A stretch of DNA of 64,000 bases from Camelus ferus. Taxonomy: Eukaryota. Under the pieces are notes generated by a model. That model saw only the letters and a list, made by a program, of their open reading frames with translations, was not told the DNA's origin and ran no database searches. Positions 47,650 to 60,454 of this stretch are shown here, one piece after another. The first letter of the stretch is position 1. The number at the start of each line of letters is the position of its first letter. Where the stretch lies: the NCBI RefSeq assembly GCF_009834535.1, contig NC_045697.1, positions 112,780,001-112,844,000 on the forward strand, given 5' to 3'. The translations under genes and the position numbers were made by a program.

Positions 47650-49900
47650 ATTGACATAGCAGCCCATTCTAATGGGGAAACTGGACAATAAATAAATAAA
47701 GTTATTTAATGTAATCCTAGCTGCTTTTAATAACCAGGGATATTAAATGAGTTAGGAGTGATGGGATCAAGAGGGAGACGTGATGAGTGTGTGGGGGCTC
47801 CTGTAAATGGTGTGATCTGGGAAGACTTCCATGAGGAGGTGGCATTTGATTAGAGAATTCAAGTGAGAAAGCATTTGTGAGGATTCGTCAGGAAGATGTG
47901 TGCAGTTGAGGGAATAGGAAGCACTCCTGATCAGGGGCATGTCTGACATATGCAGGACCATGAGGGAGACCAGATGGAGTTACAGTGGAGTTGCAGGGGC
48001 CAGATTGTGTAGAACCTTTTAACTTGTAGTAGGAACTTTAAATTTTATTCTAAGAACAATGGGAAGGCAATAAATGGCTTTGAGCAGAAGAGTGGTAAGA
48101 CCTGATGTAATACATTGTTACAACTTTGTAAGGTATAACCAACATACTATAAATTACAGATGTTTAATGTGTACAGTTTGATACAATCTGAGTTATGTAC
48201 AGACCTGTTGAAACCGTTACTGCAATCAGTATAATGAACATGACCTTCTCCCAGAAGATGCCCTGTATCCCTGGGCAGTTCCTCCATCCTGCCCCTCCTC
48301 ACCACCCTCACCCCCAGGAAGCTAGCCACCTGCCGTCTATCTCTAGTCTGGTTTGAGTGTTTTAGAATTCGGATATCCTGTTCTAGAATTGGAATATTAC
48401 AAAAAGTGTGCATTCTTTATTGAGCTTCTTAACACAATTATTTTAAGAACCATCCACATTGTTGTGTCCCATCAGTAGTTCATTCCTTTTTATTGATGAA
48501 TGATATTCTATTGCATAAATATTCCACAACGTGTTTATTTCTTCATCTGTTAAAGGAAACTTAGATTGTTTCCAAGTTTTTTTTTTTGCTATTGCAAATA
48601 AGGCTTCGATGCCTCTTTTTGTAAAAGTGTTTCTATGCGCATATGCTTTAATTCTCTTGAGTGAAATATCTAAAAGTAGAGTGACTGAATCTACCATTTA
48701 TGGTAGATGTACATTTAATTTTTTAAGAAACTGCCACCTTATTTTCCGAAGTAGTTGTGCCATGACACATCCACACCAACAGTGTTTGAAGGTCCCCACT
48801 TCATATCTTGTCATCCCTTACCGTGATCAGTTGTTTTGTGTTTTGCTTTAAATTTGAGCCATTATAATTAGTTTGTGGTGGCATCTTACTGTGTTTTTAA
48901 TTATTATTTCCCTAATGATGGGCTGATGATGTTCGGCATCTTTCATGTGCTTCCTCGCTATCTGTACATCGTCGTTGGTGAAGAGTCTGTTCAAATCTTT
49001 GCACAGCATTTTAATTGCTGGTTCTCTTTTTCTTGAGTATTGAATCAGGCTCTTGCAGTGAGTTGTGCTCACAAGATTCCTATCCCTGAGTGGCCTCATT
49101 TGCTTTTTAAAGGATAATTCTATCCCCTTGCTGTGAGGAGAATGGATTGTGTATGCGGAGCAATGTGGTGGGCCCTGGGGGATTTTCCCTTACTTTTTTT
49201 TTTTTTTTGAAGATAATTAAAATTCAGTTCTAAAATTTATTATTTGGATTAAATACGAAGAGCTCTGCGGAAGGTGTGGACAGCGGTGTCTCCTTTCAAG
49301 TGCAATTATCTAGACCAGGCCCTAGACTATTTTAATTGTTCTTGTCCCCACTATTTTAGGCATGACTTAGATTTGGACAAGTAAATCTGAGTTGCTCATT
49401 ATACACGTATGCAGAGATGCTAAGTAGGTGGTTGGAGATGATTGGAAGGAAGTTGGCAGGTGAGTCTGAAATTCAGAGGAGTAATCGGACAAGGAGTTAT
49501 GAATTCAGAAACCTTCATCCTACTGGTTACCCTTAAACCCATAGACCTGGATGAGCTGGTCCAATAAGAGAGAAGAAATTCAAGGGGTAATCCCTGGGGC
49601 ATGCCAACTTTTAGAAGTTTCAAAAAGGAAAAGAATGCAGCCAAAAGACTGCAAAAGTGATTGATGGAGGTGGAGGTGGCACTGAGGGAGGGAGAAGCAA
49701 TAACAAATAATTGACTTTTGTTGGTGGGTGGTGCTGAGAACTCACTGACCCACAACTAATCGGTACCAGCCATGCTTTTTGGATGTAGAAGAAAGAAAAC
49801 AGAGCAGTCACACAAGTAAGGAAATTGTTGAAAAGGCACGGTATCTCTAATGGGAGATGTGACAAGACTGGTTTCAAGGCTGATGTGGGTGCAAATCCTT
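47650..49900 (-). mobile_element. L2 LINE relic, split by an L1 insertion
   Basis: ggaagacttccatgaggaggtggcatttga, gggaaggcaataaatggctttgagcagaagagtgg and ccctggggcatgccaacttttagaag are typical antisense L2 motifs. Confidence 0.7.
48115..49090 (-). mobile_element. Old L1 3' end (L1MD/ME-type) inserted in L2
   Basis: Minus ORFs EALFAIAKK.TWKQSKFP..DE.INTLWNIYAIEYHSSIKRNEL and KDLNRLFTNDDVQIARKHMK match the ORF2 C-terminal region. Confidence 0.85.
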
Positions 49901-50919
49901 AATAACAATCATCTTTCCTAATGTCTGTACTTGAAATGAGAAGCAATGTATTTATGCAGTAAACCAGTGACCATATATTGGTTCTGCTGTGTAATTTTAT
50001 GCGATCAAGCAGGCTGTAAGGCGGGAGGTAACGACTAGACTGGATTTCCCATGGCTCACCCGATGGAGGTTAATATAAGGGAGAGTCATGCGAAGGTCCA
50101 AAACAGAGCCTTCACCATCGCCATTCTAGGTAAAGATGATGCCAACTAGTGTAAACTGGGCTATTAGTTTATGTGATCCTCTGTTTTCTATATGAAGGTT
50201 ACGTGGCACATAGTCCTTATTTAGAACTAAATAATGCTAAAGGCACTAAAGACGGTGTCTTTAAAACCCTTCTCATCATTTTCTATTTCTGTGAATTTCA
50301 GCTCAATAACCCCACTAATCACGTATTGAACATTCTTTACCATCAACAAGTTTTATGTGTTATAAATTTTAATAATTTTATGTCCCTAACATTTGCATTT
50401 TACTCGCTGTATTATAAGCAAACATCAGATGGATATAGCTGGATGTCTGACACTGTTAACAAGTGTTTGTTGATTGAATGAAATAATGAATACTGAATAA
50501 GTTCAGATGAATGAACACTGGATTTGTGGCTGAAACTGGGATGACCCAAGTTAACTAGGGGCTCAAGTAAAGTACTTCACTTATCCATGTCTATTTCATC
50601 CATAAAAATGGAAAGTTTGAAAGATACCTCTTAGAGCTGCCATTTGGTAATGTTCTGATGTCTTCTGCTAGCATTTTTGTCCATCCAGCATTACTTATAA
50701 TGTTGATTTGATGAAATGTGTGATTCTAGGCAATCAAATGCAGTGATACCTTAAAAGTCAAAGACAAGGGGTCACTTATGGTTTATCGTCATTTAAAAAT
50801 TTTTTTCAATCGTTAGAAGATCATTGGAAGCCATGAAAAATAAAATTAAAATGTCATTCTAAACATAATAGTTTCATAAAAATGAAAAACAGTAACTGGA
50901 TAGAGGCTAAAATATTTAC

Positions 50920-51120
50920 ATAAAATATCTCATTTAATTCTTACAATGAAGGTACTTAAGGATAAGCACCATTGTTATTTACCTTTTACAATTACAGTAA
51001 CAGGCACAGAGAAGTTAGGTAAATGTCCCAAGATTGCACAGCTAATCAGCAAATGATAGAGCCAGGACTCCAGCTTTGGAATTTCTGACTTGAGAGTCTG
51101 TGCCCTGACATGCTGTTCCA
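50920..51120 (-). mobile_element. MIR SINE
   Basis: tctcatttaattcttacaa...aacaggcacagagaagttaggtaaatgtcccaagattgcacagcta...gagccaggactc. Confidence 0.75.
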
Positions 51121-51189
51121 TCCTGTCTCACAACCACAGACCGTGAGCCCCTGGAGGACTTATTTTGAAATTAATTTTCTAGACTGCTT

Positions 51190-51712
51190 GAATGGAAAAT
51201 GCATTATTTATTACCACTTAAATTCCCATTATTAAGTTTTCTCTTATAATACTTTACATTTTCTTCTTTCATGTCACTATTTTTATCACCAATTTTTTTA
51301 GTATCTGAAATATAAACTTTTCACTAAGACAAATAAATCAATAATTGCAATGTTATAATACCACTCAGGACATTTTTTTTTCCTAGAGACATTCTAAATT
51401 AACATGTCTTATTAAATCGAGAAATGTATTCTTAGAAGCCATTAACCTCGGTGAGAAGATTTGCTCATTTGCCCGTTTAGAATATGTAGGGATAGAATCT
51501 TTCTAGATTTCTAGTAGTTTCTGGACCTGGCGCTGCTTCTTAGCAACCAACTCAAGACTTTGGCAGTTCTGGGCACCCTTTGGCTTTTCGGTAGTGCTCC
51601 ACCGCATGTGGCTGCCCGCCGGGGCTGCCAGCTGCCACAGGTGATCCACGCACGGGTTCCCGGGGACTGATGTGGGGCGTGGAGGTGCCCTGGGACCCGC
51701 GGGTCGACATCC
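51190..51712 (-). other. Candidate 3'-terminal exon of an unidentified transcript
   Basis: Branch-like CTCAC, then ctgctccatttgtttctgcag acceptor (AG at 51713-51714), CpG-rich open sequence up to stops at 51552/51511/51503, AT-rich tail, and AATAAA at 51207-51212. Confidence 0.35.
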
Positions 51713-53692
51713 CTGCAGAAACAAATGGAGCAGTGAGTGGATCCTTTGAGCTCCACATGCCAATAGGACATATTCATGGTTCTTTAATATGCTCGACCGT
51801 AAATATATGCTTCTAAGTTAAGATTCTGCTTACATGTAGAGAGAAATAATGGATTTTTAGGGCTTTTACAGGTTGCCTGATTTTAAGGAGATTTTAATTT
51901 AATTCTGGCTAGCATCAAAAATTAGGACTAAAGCCAGATAATTGTATATGCTTTTTTTTTTCTTTTTTACTTAAATTCAGTCACACATATCATATTTGTA
52001 TAGGCTTCTTAGGACTTGCCACCAAGTGAAGGACCCTCAGAAAAGTTCAATTTTGTCCTTCCACAAAGACATTCAGAGGGCAACTAGTTACATAGGACAA
52101 TGAATCTTCCTAGTGATAAATAATAGTTTACTAACATAGTTTTATTTTGAACCACTAATATTTTGATGACAGTCTATATCTATCTTATTGTATTCTGGTT
52201 AAAATTTCTGTACTTTACATTTTTTTTTAATGTTTCTTAAAAATTTAAGACACTAAATTGTTTCCTGGACAATCTTCTTGTTAAGTGGAGATCTTAGAAG
52301 TGTCCCCCTCATTTGATCCCATAGGGTGTGGCTGGAAGTGCATTCTTTTTTTTTTTTTTTTTTTGAATCTGCTTGTGGTCAAAGGTCTGAATGTCTTTTG
52401 AATCTCTGATATTGAAGCAGAGAATTTTCAGCAGCTATGCCAGCCCTGATTTTATTAGATTTTATCCCTAGAGATTATCTCTATTATGAGAAATTCAAAT
52501 GTCTTTAATAAATAGTCATTAATTGATGTTCCCTTTTTGCACATATGTGCATGTCTTGAATCTTAGTGATTTCCACTGAGATTAAAGTTCAGCCCTCTCA
52601 GATTTCCACATCTGGGTAGCCGATATCATGTAAACAATTCATAAACCTAAAAAACCCCTCAAATATATAGAAGCTAATACCTTTGCTGGGGGACACTCAG
52701 CTAAAGAAGATGCAATATAACTTATAATACCAGAATTCTGGGTAGCACTTTTTAGCCAGAATCAGGCCACTGTTCTTTCTACCTCTTTTAAAAATTTCAG
52801 CTCACCATCCTAGGTCAAAAGTATGATCACTTCTGATTAATCCAGAATTGCTACAACCCTTCACAGATGGTATTACCACATGGAGGAGTTGATAATATTG
52901 TGTGTGGAGTCCAAAATATAATATACTATGTTCAGAATCAATCCGATATTAAATTACTTTGTATTTGTGACTTTATAATTTAGCCACACTTTAAAAACAG
53001 GTATGGACTTTAATTTTTCCATTATAAATGCAGGAAAATAAAGGCATATTTTATTACTCATGAATGAAATATCAGAAAAATTACCATCATAATATACTCG
53101 CTGCCTAATAGTCCCAAAAATATGTATGCTGATATTTCTCTGAAATACAGAGAAGTATCAGTAGTTCTATTTCATTTAGTAAGTATCTGTGATGTTCCAG
53201 GCAGGTATTGGGTTGGATCTAAAGAGAATAAAAATGTAATTGAAATATAATCCTCTTCCTTAAGAAACACTTTATCAACTAAATGGTCGTAGGATAATAT
53301 ATAAAGTTACCCCCAAATCAATTTTATTAGTAATTGCTATTTATGCACAATGAGTCTTCAGAATTTTTACATAACAGAAGTTTGAGGAAAGTAAGAGAAC
53401 TCGTAGCTAGGGGATTTCTTTACAAGTGCTGTCTGCAGAGCAAGCAAATTTTTGATTACATTGTATCTTTATCTGGGACAGCTTCTGCATGCCTGGTGGA
53501 GTCAGGTTATTCACAGAAGCTGAGTGGCTCAAGTCATTTCTATCACTCTTTATTGAAACATCTGCCAGAAATCCTACCCAGTCCAGTGCTTATAAGACTT
53601 CTAATCATTAAAAACTTCTAATCAAAAAAAAGTGAAAGAGTAACATGAAGCACTGAAAAGTCAAGTACTGGGCCAAGGTCGCACAGCCAGTG

Positions 53693-54299
53693 TGTTGCCC
53701 GAGACTAGGTTCTTGTCCCGTCGCAGGAAGAATTCAGAGATGGGGGGCGGAGGTTAAGAAAGTGAAGTGGGGATTTATTAAGGGATATACAGTACACTCT
53801 CAAGGGGAGAGCAGGCAGACTCAGGTGAGCAGGTGCTCTCAGTTTCTTTGGCAAGTTGGTTGCACAGGGTGTAAAAATGTATGGGCAGAATATTCACTAG
53901 GGAGGGAAGAGTCTGAGGTCATGTTCCCTGATTTTTTATCCCAGCTCCACCTTCCCAAAGGGAGGAGGGATTTTTGTCCTTATTTAGTCCAGATTGGAAG
54001 TGTCATGGTGTCATTACATGATGGATACTTCTAACTTACAAGGCTAATTTTATTGAAATGGAGACATAATGAGCAAAATGTTGCATTTGGACACTGGCGA
54101 TTCCTGCCTTTTCCCACCTTTCTTTGTGGGCCTCCAGGCCACTCATCACCCAAATATGTGTGACCGCTTATCAGCCCAGAGGTCCCTACTTTTCTTTATC
54201 TGCCCAGAGACCCCTGTTGTTTTCATAATGTAGGGTTCCCTGTATTTGGCCTGTGTCCCCCTTTCTCTGCTCATATCTAGCTATCTGCCTGCTCTAACA
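53693..54299 (-). mobile_element. ERV1 solo LTR inserted into a MIR
   Basis: TG...CA ends with perfect 4-bp TSD agtg/agtg; the flanks rejoin as a MIR (ccaaggtcgcacagccagtg | agaggagaactaatctagaatttgaacc). Confidence 0.88.
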
Positions 54300-55483
54300 A
54301 GTGAGAGGAGAACTAATCTAGAATTTGAACCAAGAACATCTAACTGCAGATTCACTCTTGTGCTTATTTATGATTAAGACCATCTCATTGTATGCATACC
54401 ATCTGCTGTCTCACTTGGTGCCATCATCATTTCTTCCCAGGTCCTTACAGTAAACACACATCTCCTCCTAGTTGTCCTTGACAGTGTTCCAACTTGAGAC
54501 TTTCCTAGACGTGACTGGGGCCCATGGAGGCTGGTGGTTGTGAGTGTCCTCAGGAGAGAGCCCGAGGAGGGCATCCTTCCCCTTGTCCTGGGGGACGAGT
54601 CAGGACCTCACGCCTCTACCAGCTACCCATAGGTGAGACTGGAAGGAATAGTCTTAATTTTATGAAGCGATGCTTCGTAACGTATTTCTAAAATGAATTG
54701 CTCCACACTTTCAGGAAATGGATTCGGAACTACTTCTATTTCTAACAGATTTCTCTTATGTAATGAAATCCAGGCAGTATATAAATAACATTGAAAGTTT
54801 ACATAAAGTATAAGATTGACTCAGCTACTGTTTCTTTAGCCCATAGTGTCCCATGCTGAACACTTTCTTCCCCTGCTCTGATTTTATTCGCACAACCACT
54901 TGGGAGGACTGCGTCATTGTCAGCGGTCTACACGTGCATCAGCAGAAGTTGCTAGTGGGTCAGTAACTTGCCCAAGGTGGTGCCGTAAGTGGCATGGTGG
55001 GAATTTGATCCAACCATTCTGGCCAATTTACTGTTTGTTAATAATAATATTCTATTAAATGATAACTCTCCAGTGTATTCCTGGTCATTCCCTCCTGGGC
55101 CTGAGGCTGTGCAGATGTGGAAAAATTGAATTTGATTGCACTATGGGCTCCTATGTGGTCAATTGCTTTCCAACCCTCTCTCCTTTGTCTAATAATTATT
55201 CTAATAACAGTGGACAAGAATCCTGAAATGTGTGAAATCCTAAAGTGTAGGTTCCATTTTTGCTGTTGTTTGTTAAATAGCTGAAGAAGGGATTATTCCA
55301 GCCACGGAGGGAAAGAGAAAGACAGAGATAAAGGCCACCTTAAAGCTGCTGTAATGATCTAGAAACGATCTACCTGTGATCTTTTCCATGCGTGCCTGGG
55401 ACTTACATTCATGCAAACTACAGTTGACATTGAGGCTGCGTTCCTAAAAGAGCCCAGGAAAGGTTGCTTCAAGATTTGTAACT

Positions 55484-55542
55484 GCAAATTTAACACAACA
55501 TTGTAAAATGATTACAAATCAATAAAAAAAAGTTAAAAAAAA
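55484..55542 (+). mobile_element. Extremely 5'-truncated young L1 (~60 bp)
   Basis: aaatttaacacaacattgtaaaatgattacaaatcaataaaa plus A tail; perfect 13-bp TSD aagatttgtaact at 55471-55483 / 55543-55555. Confidence 0.9.
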
Positions 55543-55796
55543 AAGATTTGTAACTCCAGCCTCCCTGGTGGGCCAATATGATCTTATCGTATAATGAGGA
55601 ATTGCCAAAAATGACATAAATAAATGACAGTGATGGGAAGGCCTGAAACCTGGGCAGTGTCTCCTTTTCTGTCACTATGTTCTGGTCCCCGTCCAGGTCA
55701 TTGTGCCATTTGTCCAACTCAGGAAATCTCCTGTGTCCTCAGCTGTTTTACAGAACCAACATGTATGTACCCAAGGATACAATGTCATCACCTTTC

Positions 55797-55800
55797 ATTT

Positions 55801-55832
<32 letters not shown>

Positions 55833-56235
55833 TGGCATATAGTTGATTTATAATGTATTAGCTTCAGGTGTACAGCACAGTGATTCAGCCATATATACAT
55901 ATGCATATATATTCTGTATCATTATAGGTTATTACAAGGTATGGAATTTAATACCTGTGCTAAACAGTAGGTCCGTGTTATTTATCCATTTTATACATAG
56001 TAGTTAGTATCTGCAAACCCCAAACTGTCTATTTATCCCTCCCCTTCCTTTCCCCCCAGTAACCATAGGTTTGTTTTCTATGTCTATGTGTCTATTTCTG
56101 TTTTCTAAATAAGTTCATTTATATTCTTTTTTTGGGTACCACATATAAGTGATGCCATCTTTGTCTTTCTCTGTCTGACTTCACTTAGTATGATCATCTC
56201 TAGGTCCATCCATGTTACTGCAAATGGCATATATC
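55797..56235 (-). mobile_element. 5'-truncated L1 3' end
   Basis: (ATTT)n tail on the left, typical 3'UTR antisense; TSD tcatcacctttc (55785-55796) / tcatcacatttc (56236-56247). Confidence 0.9.
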
Positions 56236-56528
56236 TCATCACATTTCTCTATATGTTACTGATGGAGGAAGGAGGGAGAAGGAGTCACATAGTAGAGTGG
56301 GGGCATGAATAGGAGAAGCCTGGCATGAAAATGGGACAAGCAGGCTTGAAGGAGTGACATCGCATACAAGAGAGACTCCCTCCCCAAGGACAGGAGGAAG
56401 AATCACCAACCTTTGTACAGACCATAAACTTGCCTGAATATGCATTTGCCTAAAAGTGTGTGTGTGTGTTTGTACGCATGGGTATGTGTGTGTGACATGA
56501 AGATTTTAGAATTTGTTAATCCTAGTCC

Positions 56529-57170
56529 GTCAAAAACAAACACATGCACCCCAGTGTTCATAGCGGCACTATTTACAACAGCCAAGACTTGGAAGCAGCC
56601 TAAATGTCCATCAACAGATGACTGGATAAAAATGTGTATATACACATGTATATATATGTATGTATGGATACACACATATACACACAACACACACACCAGA
56701 ATAGTATTCAGCCATGAAAAAAGAACAAAATAATGCCATTTGCAGCAACGTGGGTGCACGTGGAAATCATCATATTAAGTGAAGTAAGTCAGACAGAGGA
56801 AGACAAATATCATACAACATTGCTTATATGTGGAATCTAAAAAAATGATACAAATGAACTTATTTACAAACCAAAAATAGACTCATAGACATAGAAAACA
56901 AACTATGGTTACCAGAGGGGAAAGAGGGGGCAGGGATAAATTAGGAGTTTGGAATTAACATAGACACACTACTATATATAAAATAGATAAATGACAAGGA
57001 CCTACTGTATAGCATAGGGAACTATATTTGATATCTTGTAATAACCTATAATGGAAAAGAATCTGGAAAATATGTATGTATATGTATAACTGAATCACTT
57101 TGCTGTACACCTGAAACTAACACAACATTGTAAATCAGCTATACTTCAATTAAAGAAAAATAAAATAAAG
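56529..57170 (+). mobile_element. 5'-truncated L1 (ORF2 end plus 3'UTR)
   Basis: ORF 56440-56733 contains TCTPVFIAALFTTAKTWKQPKCPSTDDWIK; TSD ttaatcctagtcc at 56516-56528 / 57175-57187. Confidence 0.92.
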
Positions 57171-57584
57171 TGTCTTAATCCTAGTCCAGAATTTAGTAAA
57201 AACCTTAGCCTGGATTTTCCCTGACAATGTCTTAAGAAATAGGTGGTTAGTAAAGTACTTTTAATAGAGTGGAAGATAAAAAATGCTAATAAAAACAGCC
57301 CTCCATGAGGCAGATTTTAAATTTTAAATTTTAAATTTAAATCTTACAGTCTTATGAACACATCTCTGATCTTAAGTTAAATCCATAGAAGTAAACAATG
57401 TAACTCTTACACCAAAAGTGGCTTGAAAGCTACTTGATAGATTTTCTAGTAGCTGCAAAGTGTGGTCATAAAATATGACCATACCTCCAGAGTACTAAAA
57501 TGTTTATTTGATCAAAATAGCAAAAAATTAATGATAATAAGTAACAATAAGGCTATACTTTTATAACTTTTAAAAGATGACTTT

Positions 57585-58075
57585 TACCTATCAGGGTCTA
57601 GAAAAAAAACAGATGGCACTTCAAATGGTATAATTTGGGGAGAATTAATAGTCTGTTACAGCAGGTGTGAGCAGAGTATAATATAAGGGATAGTTCAGTC
57701 CACCCTGGCTGGAAACAGCAGTGGTGGCTACCACCCATGGGCTTGAAAAGGTGAGGAGAAGGAGCATTCTCCAGAACCAGAGACAGAGAGGGCTTTGGGG
57801 ACAGGGCCACCTGACTCCACCTGAGGGACACAGCCAGCCTCCAGTATGTCTCAAGGACATGATGATGACTCTGATCTCATTATCCTCCCTTCCTGCGAGA
57901 ATCTCCTCCTGGGCTCTGTCTTGGTGGAGAGAAGCCGGAAGACAGAAAGTCAAGGAGTCTGTGATGAGATTCATGCCGGTGTGCCTCCCAGGTGTGGAGC
58001 TGTGTGGAGTGGGGCGTGGATCCCAGGGGACACATGGGAGCTGTCCAGCACACCCACAAGTACATTTGCAAATCA
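57585..58075. mobile_element. ERVL-type LTR (LTR41-like)
   Basis: tcagggtc...aaacagatggcacttcaaatggtataatttggggaga...ttaata resembles the recalled LTR41 terminus. Confidence 0.55.
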
Positions 58076-60454
58076 AATGAACGTATGAAGGCTTTGTTAC
58101 TGAAACATTGAGACTCCAAGATGGAAAAGAAGCCTGAAAAATCAGTGAAATGTTAAGCATTTATAGGAAAAAACGTCGATTAATAAGGAATGAGTCTATG
58201 TTATTTTTTGAAGAAAGAAAAATTTTAAGGAAACTGATGGTAGATTTTCCTTTTGCCCTATTGAGTGAGAATATAATTGTGAGAGAAAGCACATGACTCA
58301 AAGGAATTTTATATATGGGTCAGTAAAGACTACAAGAAGTTTTGTAAATTACATGCATGTTCTTGGAACAGGAGAGGTGGGTGAGCATCCTGTTTTTACT
58401 GTGAGCCTTGTCATACAGAATTGTGAGAACGAATATTTCACACTTATTAAGAGTTCAACTGTCGCATACCAAAAGCTTATGCGGACCTGACTCTATATAA
58501 TATAAAAACAAAAACAAAAACAAAAAACCCAACAACTTAGCAGCAGTCACCTTTCCACAAAAGCCCCTGAACTGAAGCCATCACCTCCCACCTTTAGCAG
58601 CCCTTCTGGGCCCTTTATTCTCTGTCTTTTCTTACCTGTAAAGATGTGTGAACTAAACCCTCATGGTCTTTTCCCTGGTGCTCTGGCAACCCAGCCAGTG
58701 ATCACTTTTCTGTATACTTTTTCTTTCCATCCAAATAAGATTCAGTTTCAAACATTCTTGGAACTTGAGCATGCTAACTTTAAAAAAATTTTTTTTCCTT
58801 TTGTTCTCATGCTAGGAATCTTGAGGACTGACTTGCCCAGAATGCCAGTCCTTCATTAGGGAACAGTCTTTCTTTCGGGAGTGTATACATTAAGGCATGT
58901 TTGTGCACGACTTTTGTAGGGACTGGAGGGAGGGGAGTTTTCCATCGCACGGTTTTTATAGTCTTTATTTCCTAGCCAATACAATTGTTTGGGTTATTTG
59001 AATAAAAATAAAGGTTTTATTCATTATCATAAGTAGCAAGATGAGCAAGTTTTCCCACTAAATTTTGTGTTTGTGAGTGATATGTTTGTTTTTAAGAAAA
59101 CGAAGAGTGTTCAGAGAATTCTAAATAATGCAGTATTTAATACTAAATGTGACCCTCTTAAACGAAATGTTCTTTTCCCTGATCTTTCTCAAACTCTAGC
59201 AAATCCAAGCAGAATAATCCTAATAGTCCTGGTTTATATTTATACAGTGCCTTACAGCTTGGAAGATACTTTTGCAAAGTTTATTATCTTTGCTTCTACA
59301 GCTGTTCTGGAAGGTAACGATTCATGCGTCCTATGACCACTTTGCAAATTCAGCGAACCGTGGCCAGTGTAGACATGATTTTCTTACGGTCACGTGGTTG
59401 GTAGTCAAGCTGCAATTCCAATTCCAGTGTTGGAGCCGCAAATCCTGTCATTTTTTTCCAGCAATTGGACTTGAATCAGGGACGAGCTCATGGCCTGTAT
59501 GTTCCAGGTGCTGTACTGTCTTGGGCACTATAAGCATCAAACGTTTCTTACAGGTCTTTTTGATCACACACCCACACACGAGATCTATAATCTTTGATGA
59601 GGAAGACTTAACTTTGCCACTTTGGTTTCTTTAATTTTTTGAATTCTGTATTTTACAAAAAGAAAGAAAAAGACTACAAGAAACAAGTATAACTAAACCA
59701 TACAAAGATGTTTAAAGAAAAAGCTGGAATCTCCCCTCGGGACTGTCTGCTTCCCCAGGTCCCACCACACAGAGACTGAGGGCAACCATGGTGAATAGAC
59801 TGGTGTGTTAATACCCAGAGCTGAATAGACGTGTTGTTGCTCAGTCACAAATACCTCTGTATTTTACATTTTTATGTAAATATATAAAGAGGATCTATAG
59901 ACCTGTTTTTAAAGGAATGAAATAACCCTCTACACATTGTTCTCTGTTTTGTACCTTAATAGCGTATCGTGTAAATTACCGCTTCCCGTTAGATAATGAC
60001 CTGGCTTCATATGAGATTTGTAATTTCTGTACACACATCACATCCATGTGTGACTTTCCATGAACTGTTTTCCAACACGCTCTTTTGCTCTTTAAGTACT
60101 TTTCCCCTCTTATCTCCTCTCTCCTCTCTTTTCCTCTTCTACGGGGCTCTCCCTCTGCCCTGCCACCCGCCCCCCCATAAACACATGTTAACATACTGTA
60201 CGTATTCTTCTGTGACTTCTTCCACACTCACGCAGCCAGGTACTGACACATGTCTATGCACAAGTGTGTGCACACAGACGCAGAGGATCGGCCCTGAGAT
60301 GTCGTACAAACAGTCACCGTACCACTTGCCATTTTACGTTTCACACTCGGTCTCCTCTAATGGAAATCCCTTTAGGTCAAATGTCTGAGAGCCAATTCAT
60401 TCTTCATAACTGCATACTATTTACTCCAAGGTGTGCCTCTACTAAAACTTTTTT

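Noticed and set aside
54625..54775. Minus-strand open stretch AWISLHKRNLLEIEVVPNPFPESVEQFILEIRYEASLHKIKTIPSSLTYG*
   Set aside because: No start codon or convincing splice acceptor and no recognisable homology.
55797..57170. Single twin-primed L1 as the explanation for the inverted pair
   Set aside because: Both halves have their own tail and TSD and cover the same L1 region, so they are two insertions.
57645..58160. 171-aa minus-strand ORF and overlapping ORFs
   Set aside because: Lies within an old ERVL-type LTR and has no protein motif.
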